Shown here piece after piece: positions 48,221 to 58,004 of a DNA stretch of 64,000 bases (position 1 is its first letter; each line of letters begins with the position of its first letter). The position numbers and the translations under genes are program-made. The notes under the pieces are model-generated. The model had not been told where the DNA came from, made no database searches, and was given only the letters and a program-made list of their open reading frames with translations. Location of the stretch: IMG/VR virus record IMGVR_UViG_2907408351_000002. One strand, given 5' to 3'. The stretch comes from a virus.

Positions 48221-48611
48221 AGATAAATTTAAAGATTCAAAATACAGAATTCAAGAGATTTTGGACTCAAGCGGATTGGCGAAAAACGAATTCGCTGATC
48301 GGCTCGGGATCACGAAGGGTCAAGTATCTCATCTCTTATCCGGAGCGAGGAAACCTTCTCTAACGTTATCTAAACTTATAAAGTTTGAATTTGGATATTT
48401 AGAAGAGTGGACTTTTAAAGGAGAAGGTCCGATGAAATACTCTCCTCCTGGAAAGGAAGAGATGTTTAGGAAAATGGAAGAAGAAGAAAACTTTCAAAGA
48501 AAAATTAGAAATACAGAGGGAGCTCGGGAATTCGTGATGGAATATTTCGAACTGACCCCTGAGAGTCGTTCGATTTTTCTCAACTTAATGCGAAATCGAA
48601 TGAAAAATTAA
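48213..48611 (+). CDS. CI-like repressor (HTH_XRE family, no S24 peptidase domain), TTG start
   Basis: …LAKNEFADRLGITKGQVSHLLSG… HTH; divergent to Cro-like. Confidence 0.5.
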   Translation: MSTDKFKDSKYRIQEILDSSGLAKNEFADRLGITKGQVSHLLSGARKPSLTLSKLIKFEFGYLEEWTFKGEGPMKYSPPGKEEMFRKMEEEENFQRKIRNTEGAREFVMEYFELTPESRSIFLNLMRNRMKN

Positions 48612-48629
48612 TAAGAAATTTTTTACCTT

Positions 48630-49532
48630 TTACTTCAATCGATGTTTAAATTTATCGTATAGTTTTTTTGATCTTGCCCTGACATTCATATTTAAAGATT
48701 CACTTAAATAATTATTCTCTAGAAGTATTCCCGCGGTTACCGCAATCTTGCTTTCTGCTAACTTTAGATTATACCCTGCCGGATCCAATACGTTATACAG
48801 CGTCATCATTATACTAGAAGAATACCGAGACAAAATCGGAGTGCGCTCCCCCTCTAGAATTCTTTCTCGAATTTCAAACGTATCGTAATGAAGTACTGCA
48901 ACCGCCCAAAATAAAAAGAAAGGGATGAATCCGAACGCCGACTTTGAAGCCCAAAAATATCCGAAAAGAGGCATTATCCAAACACAAAAAATTGTGAATA
49001 ATAAAGCCATGATGGTTCCTGCTGAAAGAAGGAATGCCCGTATCCGTAAGTCACCGGAAAATCGAAACACCGACCTAACTAAGACTGCACAAGAAAAAGA
49101 GATATATGTGAATTCATAAAGGATTATTGCGTGATAATTTATCGTAGGCCGATATGTGAATCGTTCTGGATCTTTTATTTCTACTGCATTACACAGAAAC
49201 ACTGAGCCTATCATATAAATGAAGCCAAATAAATGTATTTGAGAAATCGTCGAACCGATCTTTAGCTCCGGGCGAAAAATCAAACGAACTATTTGGAAGA
49301 GTGAATGCGGTACAAATAAGATTGGAATCAACGTCCAGTTTAACGCAAGTTCGCGGAGAAATTCTGGTAAGAGAATACGAAATCCGTGACAGAACATCCA
49401 AACTGACAAAGCCAAGGATAATTGGAAAAAATGCTTTTGAGCAATCTTTCCTGACCCTACATTCCGAACATAAAAACCTAAAAGAACAATGAACAACCCA
49501 ACCGAAACGCTAAATATGTTTGTTACTTGCAT
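48630..49532 (-). CDS. Polytopic membrane protein (~8 TM, 300 aa); exosortase-like or sensor/transporter candidate
   Basis: Eight hydrophobic segments; SCAVLVRS motif; last gene of cargo operon. Confidence 0.5.
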   Translation of the reverse strand: MQVTNIFSVSVGLFIVLLGFYVRNVGSGKIAQKHFFQLSLALSVWMFCHGFRILLPEFLRELALNWTLIPILFVPHSLFQIVRLIFRPELKIGSTISQIHLFGFIYMIGSVFLCNAVEIKDPERFTYRPTINYHAIILYEFTYISFSCAVLVRSVFRFSGDLRIRAFLLSAGTIMALLFTIFCVWIMPLFGYFWASKSAFGFIPFFLFWAVAVLHYDTFEIRERILEGERTPILSRYSSSIMMTLYNVLDPAGYNLKLAESKIAVTAGILLENNYLSESLNMNVRARSKKLYDKFKHRLK

Positions 49533-49562
49533 GAAAAATGTATACTCAATACTGCATAAATA

Positions 49563-50186
49563 CTACATTTTCGAGGCAATTTTTTGTAAACATTCTTTTT
49601 CCAACTCGATCACATGGAATTTAGATAGTTTGCCGTTCAAATAAAATCCCGGAAAATAAAGTAAATCCGGATATCTCTCGGAATGAACGGCGCCTTCACT
49701 CAAATAGAGCTTTTCTATTCCTTTCAAATTTGGGTTGTACATTCCGTAGACAACGTCGTATCCCTTTTCATAACAGTGCTTCGCAACGGTTCTAAATGTT
49801 TTTTTTGCGGCCATCCACCCCGTTCGACTCAACTCAAATGCGACTGCGTTCCAATCTGCGACGTTCTCCGAAAGAACCGCGTAACGTATCGGTTTTTCCA
49901 AGGTCTTATCCAGAACTGCAACCTCCAGAGGTAGAAAATTTTCCGGCTGTTTCTCTACGACCCTCATTGCGGATAAGATCCTTCCCTCCTCCTCAGCGAA
50001 AAACCATGTCGACCAGTCATCGTAATCTATGTTTTTCCAACGAGAAGAAGAATAGCCTGCCTCAGAAAATATACGATTTACGAAAGCCTTTATACGCGGG
50101 ATGTCCTCGCTATCCCCGGATACGATTTTCACGGGAATTTGAGTTCTTGATTTTCGAACGGAATACTCGAGAGGATTTACGGACAT
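49563..50186 (-). CDS. LuxI/FeeM-like N-acyl synthase (autoinducer-synthase fold) candidate
   Basis: R-IF…GY, NIDYDD, EGRILSAMRVV, FELSRTGW align by eye to LuxI blocks R..VF..LGW, E.D.YD, G.v.GC.RLLP, WELSRF. Confidence 0.5.
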   Translation of the reverse strand: MSVNPLEYSVRKSRTQIPVKIVSGDSEDIPRIKAFVNRIFSEAGYSSSRWKNIDYDDWSTWFFAEEEGRILSAMRVVEKQPENFLPLEVAVLDKTLEKPIRYAVLSENVADWNAVAFELSRTGWMAAKKTFRTVAKHCYEKGYDVVYGMYNPNLKGIEKLYLSEGAVHSERYPDLLYFPGFYLNGKLSKFHVIELEKECLQKIASKM

Positions 50187-50316
50187 AATTTTATTATGTC
50201 ACATAAATTCGTTGGAATTATCAATTAGAATATTACGGAATTCGGATGTTTGTGTGATTTTTCGTTAAGGTCTTAAAGAACGGATCCGGTTTCTTCGCTT
50301 CAATCGTCTGGAGAAT

Positions 50317-50640
50317 TCAGAATCCTTCCAATATGGATTTCAAGATTGGGGTTCGATTTAATTTTCGTAGCAAATCCGTATCGCGGTCAAGTTGGGAAAT
50401 TTTTTCAGCCAACGGAATTTCGTCTTTAGGTCCGAGACCGCGGGAAAGCCAAAGATATTCTACTTTGAAAACTTCCGAAAGTTTAAGAAGAGCTGCTTCT
50501 GAAAGTTCCACCCTTTCACCAGCAAACAAAGCTTTGATAGTTGCGAATGGAACTCTGGACTGCTTCGAGATCGCTTTTGGACGCAAACCGGATTCTTTAA
50601 TGACCGTAAGGAGTCTTTCAAGCATTTCTGTGGTGATCAT
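50317..50640 (-). CDS. XRE-type HTH regulator (107 aa)
   Basis: …LRPKAISKQSRVPFATIKALFAG…. Confidence 0.5.
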   Translation of the reverse strand: MITTEMLERLLTVIKESGLRPKAISKQSRVPFATIKALFAGERVELSEAALLKLSEVFKVEYLWLSRGLGPKDEIPLAEKISQLDRDTDLLRKLNRTPILKSILEGF

Positions 50641-50667
50641 AATGGATATCTCTAAATTTAAGAAGTG

Positions 50668-51027
50668 CTATTGACTATTCTGATTAGCCTCATTGTTATC
50701 AACAGAATGCTCATTCATTTTTATGTTCGATGCCGAATTTCTGGAAGAAGTAATTTTCGCTGAGTCAAAGTCTTCAATTTTCGATTTCAAAGGTGGAAAA
50801 ATCGTTCGTATAAAATACAGATCTGAAATGGCTCCGAATGAAAACTGAGTTATTTTTTTTGATTTAAGTCCCTGGCCCCGTATCCAATAAGTAGCGAAGC
50901 CAGTTTCTATAGAAGCTAACTTTCCGAGATCTTCTGGTATATTTGTAATCTCGTAAGGAGCTTCCCAATCGATTGAATAGCCTTTCTCAATTACTATCTT
51001 TAAAACTTTCTCTAAAGAATAGGCCAT
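50668..51027 (-). CDS. Hypothetical protein (119 aa)
   Basis: ORF track; operon position. Confidence 0.4.
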   Translation of the reverse strand: MAYSLEKVLKIVIEKGYSIDWEAPYEITNIPEDLGKLASIETGFATYWIRGQGLKSKKITQFSFGAISDLYFIRTIFPPLKSKIEDFDSAKITSSRNSASNIKMNEHSVDNNEANQNSQ

Positions 51028-51036
51028 ACTTTAATT

Positions 51037-51702
51037 TTACTGAGCAAGGGCTCCAATTCGAATATCTGGCTGTTGCTCCGTCCATTCTTCCTGGCCACCT
51101 TCCAATCCGTTCCGGAGTTCAGTGATTGTTCTATTTTGTTCCTCAATCTGCTTGATCTTTGCATCCAGTTCTTTCAGAATATTTCTAATCAATTCATGTT
51201 GCTGATCAATGGTAGCGTCCTTTTGGCTCGTGACCTTTTCATGGTGATTCTTTGAAACCACTTCTAAGCCGACATTCGGTTGGACGATTTTCGACCCAAG
51301 TTCCTTCAGTTCTGCCTTCGTAGTTTTTGAATTAAAGGATTTTTCAACAAATTCCAAGTTAGCTCTGAACTTTTCGGCAAGATAACGGCGGACTCGTCCC
51401 CACAATTCTTCATTTTCGGTCGTCTCCAAAGTTTCTAATAAAAATTCTTTTCCTTCCTTCTTGATCGTAGAAAGGAAATAATCGTGCATAAGATTGATTA
51501 ACCCGACTACGGCTGATTGTGGCTCATGGCTTTCGAATGCCTGTGAATATTCCAAGCAGGTAGCCAAAAAGGATTCTTGCCCTTTATCATTTTCGTAGCT
51601 TTCAACCACGATATGAATAAGTGGAAAATTTACGATGATCGATGTTGATCTATGTTTAGCGGATAGGACTATTCGAAAATAATCTTGGATAACAGTTTCC
51701 AT
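51037..51702 (-). CDS. Hypothetical protein (221 aa), first gene of cargo operon
   Basis: ORF track. Confidence 0.45.
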   Translation of the reverse strand: METVIQDYFRIVLSAKHRSTSIIVNFPLIHIVVESYENDKGQESFLATCLEYSQAFESHEPQSAVVGLINLMHDYFLSTIKKEGKEFLLETLETTENEELWGRVRRYLAEKFRANLEFVEKSFNSKTTKAELKELGSKIVQPNVGLEVVSKNHHEKVTSQKDATIDQQHELIRNILKELDAKIKQIEEQNRTITELRNGLEGGQEEWTEQQPDIRIGALAQ

Positions 51703-51990
51703 TTTTTTCCTCAGCCTTTTCAGGGCCTTCTATCATATTCGACCAATCCGAGTCACTCCTGGATTCAAAATTGTCGAATTTACGTTTCCAAATGGGTCTT
51801 CTGGGATCTAATCGAGACTCCACGTTTTTTGCAACCATTATTATACTGGGTTAAATCTTCAAAAGCATCCAAAAGGCCGGACTACCAAACAATGAAGATC
51901 ATTTCAAGACCCGATTCTGCCTGAATCACCTCTTTTGAATTTCCAATTTTTTCCAATAATTCTTATCATCTTCAAAATTCCGCTTTCGTA

Positions 51991-52010
51991 AAATTCGAGA
52001 TTTCGAATTT
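51991..52010. promoter_or_regulatory. Inverted repeat AAATTCGA-GATT-TCGAATTT upstream of parA (operator/centromere-like); further TCGAATTT half-sites at 51774-51781 and ~51975
   Basis: Read directly. Confidence 0.45.
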
Positions 52011-52019
52011 CTAAAACTA

Positions 52020-52760
52020 ATGAAAATTGTCGCAATTTGCTCGGGCAAAGGTGGCGTCGGAAAAACAACGACGACGATCTATCTTGGTCAATCCCTCGCT
52101 TATTTAGGGTTCCGCGTCCTCCTAATTGACTTTGATTTTAACTCAAATTTGAGTAAGTTTTTCTTCAAACTCTTCAAAGACGTCGTGAACGAATCGGAAG
52201 GAAAAAATTCGTATAAAGCACTAGTCGATGGTTGCGATTTTGAACCTCATATCTACAAAACCGGAACGAAAATAGATTTCATTTCGACAATCGAGCGTTT
52301 GAAAAAAATTGACTTTGAATTCTATGATGACCCAGGGTTTAAATCACTGTTTGGAAGAGAGCTCCGAAAATTGGATTACGATTTCGTTCTAATCGATCTT
52401 CATAACGTTGTGAACGTGGTGTTGGACGCTGCGGTATTTAATGCGGATCAAATTGTTTCTCCAATGGAATACGGAGATTGGAGCCAGGATGGAACCGCAA
52501 AAATCTTAAAGCTCCATCGCGAAAATGAAATATTACAGAAAAGAAAAATCCCACTAAGAGTCGTACCTTCTCGGGTAACAAAAAAAAAGGCGGAGAAAAT
52601 CATTTCCCTCGGTGCGCAGGTCGGTCTGACTGTCAGCGGGTGCGTAAATATCAATGATGATGTCGTGCTCACGAGCTCAAACCTTGGCGAGCTATTGAAG
52701 CCCGATGTTCATGCCGCATTTGCGCGTTTCCTTGAGCTTGCGAAGGAGGTTTCAATTTGA
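52020..52760 (+). CDS. parA: ParA partition ATPase (small type-Ib-like)
   Basis: Deviant Walker A KGGVGKTT at N-terminus, 246 aa. Confidence 0.85.
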   Translation: MKIVAICSGKGGVGKTTTTIYLGQSLAYLGFRVLLIDFDFNSNLSKFFFKLFKDVVNESEGKNSYKALVDGCDFEPHIYKTGTKIDFISTIERLKKIDFEFYDDPGFKSLFGRELRKLDYDFVLIDLHNVVNVVLDAAVFNADQIVSPMEYGDWSQDGTAKILKLHRENEILQKRKIPLRVVPSRVTKKKAEKIISLGAQVGLTVSGCVNINDDVVLTSSNLGELLKPDVHAAFARFLELAKEVSI

Positions 52761-53377
52761 GTACTCCTGAAAAAAAACCCACTAAACAAGAACGTGTCGA
52801 CGCCGAGCTCGTGAAGACATTTTCGGCAAATAACGAGAAACTTCCTGCAATGAGTTCATCAGATGAGGATCCGGCGCTTACGAGACTGAAGGAAGCATAC
52901 GCATCTGTAATTTCTGCTCAAAAAAGAACCATTAAAGTTGCTATCGAATTCGGGGCAATTTTATACGAGGTGAAGCAACAGCTTAACCACGGTGACTGGT
53001 CTAAGTATATTGAGGACAACTATAACTTCCTAAAGTTTGGAACACGTGTCGCGAGTTCTTACATGAGAATTTACGACTATCGGGATCGGGTTGGAGAATG
53101 CAGAAGTATTAGAGAAGCGGATACTCTTATTCAGAGCATCATCGCTGGTGAACTTCCAGGTCCTACCGAAAAAGAAATCAACCCACCTCCCAAAAAAATT
53201 ACTCCTGAAGCCATCCTTATATTGAGAAAGCGCTTAAAAAAGGAAGGCAAAAGTTCCCTTAAAAAAAGGGAGATTTCTGAGCTAAAAAAATATCTCGATG
53301 ATATTATTAACTCGAAGACTCAGAAGTTCAATGATTCGATAAAACCGATCCAAGAAGAAAGGGATTTGCTTGAGTAG
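52757..53377 (+). CDS. Putative partition adaptor / centromere-binding protein (ParB-function, not ParB-fold)
   Basis: 4-nt overlap with parA; basic C-terminus. Confidence 0.45.
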   Translation: MSTPEKKPTKQERVDAELVKTFSANNEKLPAMSSSDEDPALTRLKEAYASVISAQKRTIKVAIEFGAILYEVKQQLNHGDWSKYIEDNYNFLKFGTRVASSYMRIYDYRDRVGECRSIREADTLIQSIIAGELPGPTEKEINPPPKKITPEAILILRKRLKKEGKSSLKKREISELKKYLDDIINSKTQKFNDSIKPIQEERDLLE

Positions 53378-53387
53378 GCAAATCGGA

Positions 53388-53411
53388 AGCGCGCTTCCGA
53401 TTTGAGAGGCC
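53388..53411. promoter_or_regulatory. Perfect 24-bp palindrome AAATCGGAAGCG|CGCTTCCGATTT followed by T7 run (terminator and/or protein-binding site)
   Basis: Read directly. Confidence 0.45.
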
Positions 53412-53439
53412 TGATTTTTTTATTCAGATGGCAAAAAAT

Positions 53440-53826
53440 GTGTACCCAAAATCGTACACGGGTTTTAGAGTACCGAGAGAAAGGAAGGCGCCCGCCTAAA
53501 CCTTTTCTGTTTCGATGCCTGCGGCGGAGGTGAGAGTCCACGCAGGTTTTTCTCCCGCCTAAAGCACGTTCCAAGAGACATAAATTTTTATGAGACATAG
53601 TATTATTATGCTTGACTGTTTTTTCAAAAATCCCGCTAGTCTGTACCCGTTTAGTCGACATAGCTAAACAACGGCCACTCTCACAATTCGGCCGAATGAA
53701 ACAGAAAAGGGAACCATACTTTCGGCTCCACGCTCGATCTATGCTTCTCGATTCCAAAGAGTAGGGTAGTCCATCTGCCGTGCCGCACCCGATTTATGTC
53801 CGGCGCCTCAGAAAAGGAAAAGGATC
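53440..53826. other. Origin-like non-coding region upstream of rep: direct repeats CCCGCCTAAA (53499-53508, 53562-53571), palindromes GTGTAC…GTACAC (53447-53466) and ATTCGGCCGAAT (53694-53705), AT-rich block 53590-53640
   Basis: Repeats read directly; GC-richer than flanks; overlapping minus-strand ORF 53320..53757 looks non-coding (Arg/Cys-rich). Confidence 0.4.
53526..53559 (+). terminator. Hairpin CCTGCG-17 nt-CGCAGG + T5
   Basis: Read directly. Confidence 0.45.
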
Positions 53827-54528
53827 ATGAAAGAATTGATCTATGGCGAGTTCATACCTCGCACTATAATCAACACCAAACTTGGCAGAGGAATGCGTGA
53901 CGTCCTCGCAAAAATTACGCTCCTCGATATCAACGGACGCATCGAAGGTCGCGGTGGATGCTACGCAGGGAATGAATACTTGGGTCAGGTTTTAGGAATG
54001 GCGACGACGACCATAGCAAAATATATTTCTCGCCTACGAAAAGCTGGTTACATAAATCAAGTTTCTTTCAACGGAAGGATTCGAGTAATTCAATCAAGTT
54101 TTCATGACGCCGTTATATTCGAAAGAGCTCAGTATCAAATATCCAAAACCGCCGTTCAAAACGATCCTAGTCAGAATAGTACGGATGGTAAGGGCAGGGG
54201 GGTACGAGATTCCAAATCTGCCAAAGATAAACGTTCCGCTCCTGTACGTACTAAAGAAGAGAGAGCAAAAACAGTAAATCTACCGGGTGCTGATAAATTG
54301 AAACCGACTTGGAGCGATTTCCAGCCTTGGTATAAGGATCGCTTAACAAAATCAAGTATAGATATTTTAGATAATCTTCAATTTGAATTCGTACATGATA
54401 AATTGATAATTTTGTGTGGAGTTCCGAATTCATTAAAAATGATTATCGAGAAATTCTTCACTGAAGAAGTCGTCACTCCAATTCAGGTTGTATTTCGCGA
54501 ACAGCATAAGGAGAGAACGGCCGCATGA
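53827..54528 (+). CDS. Putative replication initiator (winged-helix)
   Basis: …LGQVLGMATTTIAKYISRLRKAGYINQV… HTH; position next to parAB and iteron-like repeats. Confidence 0.4.
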   Translation: MKELIYGEFIPRTIINTKLGRGMRDVLAKITLLDINGRIEGRGGCYAGNEYLGQVLGMATTTIAKYISRLRKAGYINQVSFNGRIRVIQSSFHDAVIFERAQYQISKTAVQNDPSQNSTDGKGRGVRDSKSAKDKRSAPVRTKEERAKTVNLPGADKLKPTWSDFQPWYKDRLTKSSIDILDNLQFEFVHDKLIILCGVPNSLKMIIEKFFTEEVVTPIQVVFREQHKERTAA

Positions 54529-54612
54529 TTACTGTCGCATTAACGAGTAGTTTTTTAAAAGGAACAAAAGAGTAAAATTGACTTTCTTTTATAGGTATAC
54601 TAATGTGTAGTT

Positions 54613-55065
54613 GTGGCGATTTCAGAGATAGAAATTCTAAAACCAAAATTTACGCCTGGAAACGAATACCCGTTCCTTGAAGGAATAAGCGCGGGCTTCT
54701 CATCTCCGGCGGAAGAGTATTTAGAAAACGTTCTCGATTTGACAGAAGCGGTCGTGAAAAATCCGAATTCAACTTTTTTCGGACGGGTCCGTGGAAACTC
54801 GATGATCGGCGCGATGATTGCGGAAGGGGACATCCTCGTCATAGACAAATCTGTTCGACCGATTGATGGAGACCCGGTGGTTTGTTCGATTGATGGGGCC
54901 TTTCTCTTGAAGTTTCTTAAAATAGAAAAAAGTGAAGGGTGGCTGATACCGGCAAATCCCGAATACAAGCCGATTCGAGTCACGAAGGAGAATGATTTCC
55001 AGATTTGGGGGACCGTCATGTGGATAACACACAGGGCCAGAAATGTACGCGCTTATCGACTGTAA
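54613..55065 (+). CDS. umuD: UmuD-like S24 peptidase (LexA C-terminal domain family), GTG start
   Basis: Ala-Gly cleavage site (GISAGF), GNSM active-site Ser, downstream Lys (FLLKFLK). Confidence 0.8.
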   Translation: MAISEIEILKPKFTPGNEYPFLEGISAGFSSPAEEYLENVLDLTEAVVKNPNSTFFGRVRGNSMIGAMIAEGDILVIDKSVRPIDGDPVVCSIDGAFLLKFLKIEKSEGWLIPANPEYKPIRVTKENDFQIWGTVMWITHRARNVRAYRL

Positions 55066-56305
55066 TTCCTTCTACGTTTCTTGTGAGCGTATTTTTAGAC
55101 CGGATCTTCAAAAAAAACCGGTTGTCGTTCTTTCGAACAATGACGGGTGCGTTGTATCGCGGAGCCAGGAAGCAAAAGACCTCGGGGTAAAAATGGGAGA
55201 AGCGGTTTTTCTCCGAAAGGAATATTTCACGGAAAACCGGATCGAAATGTTTTCTTCCAATTATACTCTATACGGAGATATTTCCAGAAGAGTAATGAAT
55301 CTTCTTTCCGATTTCTCTCCGGAAATGGAAATCTATTCCATCGATGAGGCATTCCTGGGATTTTCCGGCATCGCAGAGGAAAGCCATCCGGGAATCGCGA
55401 GACGAATCAAGGAAACGATTCCGAGAAACACCGGAATTCCTGTGAGCGTCGGCATGGGACCAACTCGGACGCTTGCGAAACTCGCGAACCATATCGCGAA
55501 GAAGCGAAAAGAATATAACGGAGTCTATATCATAAAAAACGAAAGCGTCAGAGAAGAAGCGCTCCGGATGGTATCGATCGGGGACGTTTGGGGAGTCGGC
55601 CCGAGTTACCGGAAGAAACTTGAAAAGGTAGGGATCGAAACCGCATATGATTTTTCCCGGATGAATGTCCACTGGGTTCGGAAAAACTTAACGGTCGTCG
55701 GTGCGCGGATGAATTACGAACTCCGAGGAATTCCCTGTTCTGGTCTCGTTCCTCCGGACGCGGAAAAAAAATCGATTTCGATCGCCCGGTCTTTCGGAGA
55801 GATGCAGGAAGATTTCGATTCAATGGCCGCGGCAGTTGCTACTTTTGCGAGCCGTGCCGCCTACAAACTCCGGAGGCAAAAAAGTTTTGCGAATATGGTT
55901 CTCGTTTTTATTCATACAAACCCGCACAGGCAAGATCTGGAGCAATATGCCCGGAACATCGTTGTCCGACTCCCGGTTGCTTCGGATTCCACCTTTGAGA
56001 TTGTTCGCTACGCACTCGCCGGACTTCGGCAGATATACAAACCAGGATTCAAATATAAAAAAGCCGGGATCGTTTTGGACGGAATTGTTTCGGGAACCGG
56101 AATTCAGCCGGGACTTTTTGATTGCGTCGATCGTCCACGGGATGCGAAAATCATGGAAGTCATAGACTCGATGAATTCGAAATTCGGTAAGGAGCGGATC
56201 CGTCTCGCTGTTACCGCCCAAAAAGACTCTTGGAAACTTAGACAGGAACACCATTCCCCGAACTATACGACTGACTGGAAGGAGATAATCAATGTGCTTT
56301 CATAA
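55043..56305 (+). CDS. umuC: UmuC-like Y-family DNA polymerase
   Basis: N-terminus [15 protein letters not shown]… and …SIDEAFLG… catalytic motifs. Confidence 0.9.
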   Translation: MYALIDCNSFYVSCERIFRPDLQKKPVVVLSNNDGCVVSRSQEAKDLGVKMGEAVFLRKEYFTENRIEMFSSNYTLYGDISRRVMNLLSDFSPEMEIYSIDEAFLGFSGIAEESHPGIARRIKETIPRNTGIPVSVGMGPTRTLAKLANHIAKKRKEYNGVYIIKNESVREEALRMVSIGDVWGVGPSYRKKLEKVGIETAYDFSRMNVHWVRKNLTVVGARMNYELRGIPCSGLVPPDAEKKSISIARSFGEMQEDFDSMAAAVATFASRAAYKLRRQKSFANMVLVFIHTNPHRQDLEQYARNIVVRLPVASDSTFEIVRYALAGLRQIYKPGFKYKKAGIVLDGIVSGTGIQPGLFDCVDRPRDAKIMEVIDSMNSKFGKERIRLAVTAQKDSWKLRQEHHSPNYTTDWKEIINVLS

Positions 56306-57026
56306 CTCGATGTCAGCGGACGCGATGAGTCTGAAGAAGAGATACAACGCCGAGCTGATTCATCCGGAAAAATTCCAGCCAATATACCACGAAAACGCTT
56401 TCCAACATCGCCCGCGCCCTATTATCACCGGAGACAACCCGAAGTTTATTCAAAATTTCGTTTGGGGCCTAATTCCTTCCTGGACAAAGACGGAAGTTTC
56501 CGCAAAGGAAATTCAAGAATATACTCCGAACGCTAGATCAGAATCGGTTTTTGAAAAGCCGTCATTTCGTGGTGTGATCAGGTCTAAGCGTTGTCTCATA
56601 CCATCGACTGGTTTTTTTGAATGGCAGGACTTCAAGGGAAAGAAATACCCCTATTTCATTTTTCTGAAAGACCAGGAGATCTTTTCTTTTGCAGGTATTT
56701 GGGATTCTTGGAAGAATCCAGCATCGAAAGAAACAATATACTCATTCTCCATTTTAACAACGGACGCGAATAAATTCATGTCCCGGATCCATAATTCTAA
56801 AAAAAGGATGCCGTTGATACTTCCGAAGAAAGAGGAGGGGGCTTGGATAAATCCGGATCTGAAAGATGAAAAAGAAATTCGAAAATTGTTTAAGATTTTC
56901 CCAGAAGAAAAAATGGAAGCCTACACAATCTCAAAGTTGATAACATCGAGAAAAGAAAACTCAAATACTTTGGAAGTAAATTTAGAGTTCAGTTATCCGG
57001 AGTTGACCGAAGAGAATTTATTTTAA
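56292..57026 (+). CDS. yedK: SRAP/YedK-family abasic-site processing protein
   Basis: Cys2 start (MC…), [37 protein letters not shown] align to E. coli YedK blocks. Confidence 0.85.
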   Translation: MCFHNSMSADAMSLKKRYNAELIHPEKFQPIYHENAFQHRPRPIITGDNPKFIQNFVWGLIPSWTKTEVSAKEIQEYTPNARSESVFEKPSFRGVIRSKRCLIPSTGFFEWQDFKGKKYPYFIFLKDQEIFSFAGIWDSWKNPASKETIYSFSILTTDANKFMSRIHNSKKRMPLILPKKEEGAWINPDLKDEKEIRKLFKIFPEEKMEAYTISKLITSRKENSNTLEVNLEFSYPELTEENLF

Positions 57027-57041
57027 AAAAAAGAAGGTGCT

Positions 57042-57632
57042 ATGTTTGATTGCGATTGTTTGTTCGATTGGAAGGAAGTTTACTCATTGTTAAAAGATTT
57101 CTTGGCATTCATTTTAGGAGTCTATACAGTTTGTATCGCGAAGGAAGGTTTGAAAACATGGAAGGAGCAAATTCGAGGAGGGAATAATTATCAGCTCGCG
57201 AAAAGAATACTTATTAAGTTAAATAAATTGCGAAATGAATTGAGAAAATTAAGGTCTCCAATTCGGTTTGCAAAATATAACGAATTTCTTATTGGGGCTC
57301 CTGACGAATTTAAAGAAACAATAAAAGAGGAATGGAGAGGCGTATCAAATTCGTATGCAGAATTAGAATTCGATATTTATGAAGCAGGAATAGTTTTTGG
57401 AGAAGAATTTAAGGAAAAATTTAAACCAGTAATGGCTTATATAATTAATATTGAAGGAGAATTAAATCTATTTTTATCTGAAGCCATAACAAAAGGAGAT
57501 TCTCAAAGGTTAGGATCGGAAATTTTTGGATCGCCTACTTTGGCAGGGGTGGAATCAGATCATGATGCTAAATTCAAAGAATTAATTCAATCCGTCGAAA
57601 ATATATTAAGAAAGCATATTTCAATTTCATAA
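57042..57632 (+). CDS. Hypothetical protein (196 aa)
   Basis: ORF track. Confidence 0.4.
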   Translation: MFDCDCLFDWKEVYSLLKDFLAFILGVYTVCIAKEGLKTWKEQIRGGNNYQLAKRILIKLNKLRNELRKLRSPIRFAKYNEFLIGAPDEFKETIKEEWRGVSNSYAELEFDIYEAGIVFGEEFKEKFKPVMAYIINIEGELNLFLSEAITKGDSQRLGSEIFGSPTLAGVESDHDAKFKELIQSVENILRKHISIS

Positions 57633-57731
57633 AGAAGCAATATACAAAATGTGAAAGATGTGTCATTCGCTCAACTTACATCAAAAAAATTACTCCATTG
57701 AACGCACCTAATTGATTTTTCTTGAACAAAG

Positions 57732-57805
57732 TGCCTTGTATGTCGCCAATTGAATTCCGGATTTCTTATAGAGAAAACTTTTAAATCAAGCAAGCTGCCT
57801 TGTAT
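57732..57805. repeat. Direct repeats TGCCTTGTAT x2 (57732-57741, 57796-57805) in 370-bp non-coding region upstream of lipoprotein genes
   Basis: Read directly. Confidence 0.35.
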
Positions 57806-58004
57806 AGAGGTAAAACGACGTATGTCAAAAAGTGGCAAGTCAACTACAGGGCTTTATCAATTTGATCGGGGTTGTTGCCTGAATAAATCCGTTCCTATAT
57901 GAAAAATTAGATAAAATCGTAAATTAAAACTTTTGAATCATAAACGTCGAAAAATGTGTAAGTGCAACTTGACATAAGCAATTCTATGGGAAGATTGGCT
58001 AAAT

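Noticed and set aside
53320-53757. 145-aa minus-strand ORF across the origin-like region
   Set aside because: Arg/Cys-rich low-complexity translation with no start context; the region is dense in repeats and palindromes and is more plausibly non-coding.
54529-54612. Possible LexA/SOS box upstream of umuD
   Set aside because: Searched by eye for CTGT-N8-ACAG, GAAC-N4-GTTC and TTTG-N5-CAAA patterns; none present. Only a weak TTGACT-N17-TAATGT promoter-like match placed too close to the GTG start.
55147-56254. Several 60-150-aa ORFs on both strands inside umuC
   Set aside because: They are nested in a confidently identified polymerase gene and are by-products of its higher GC.
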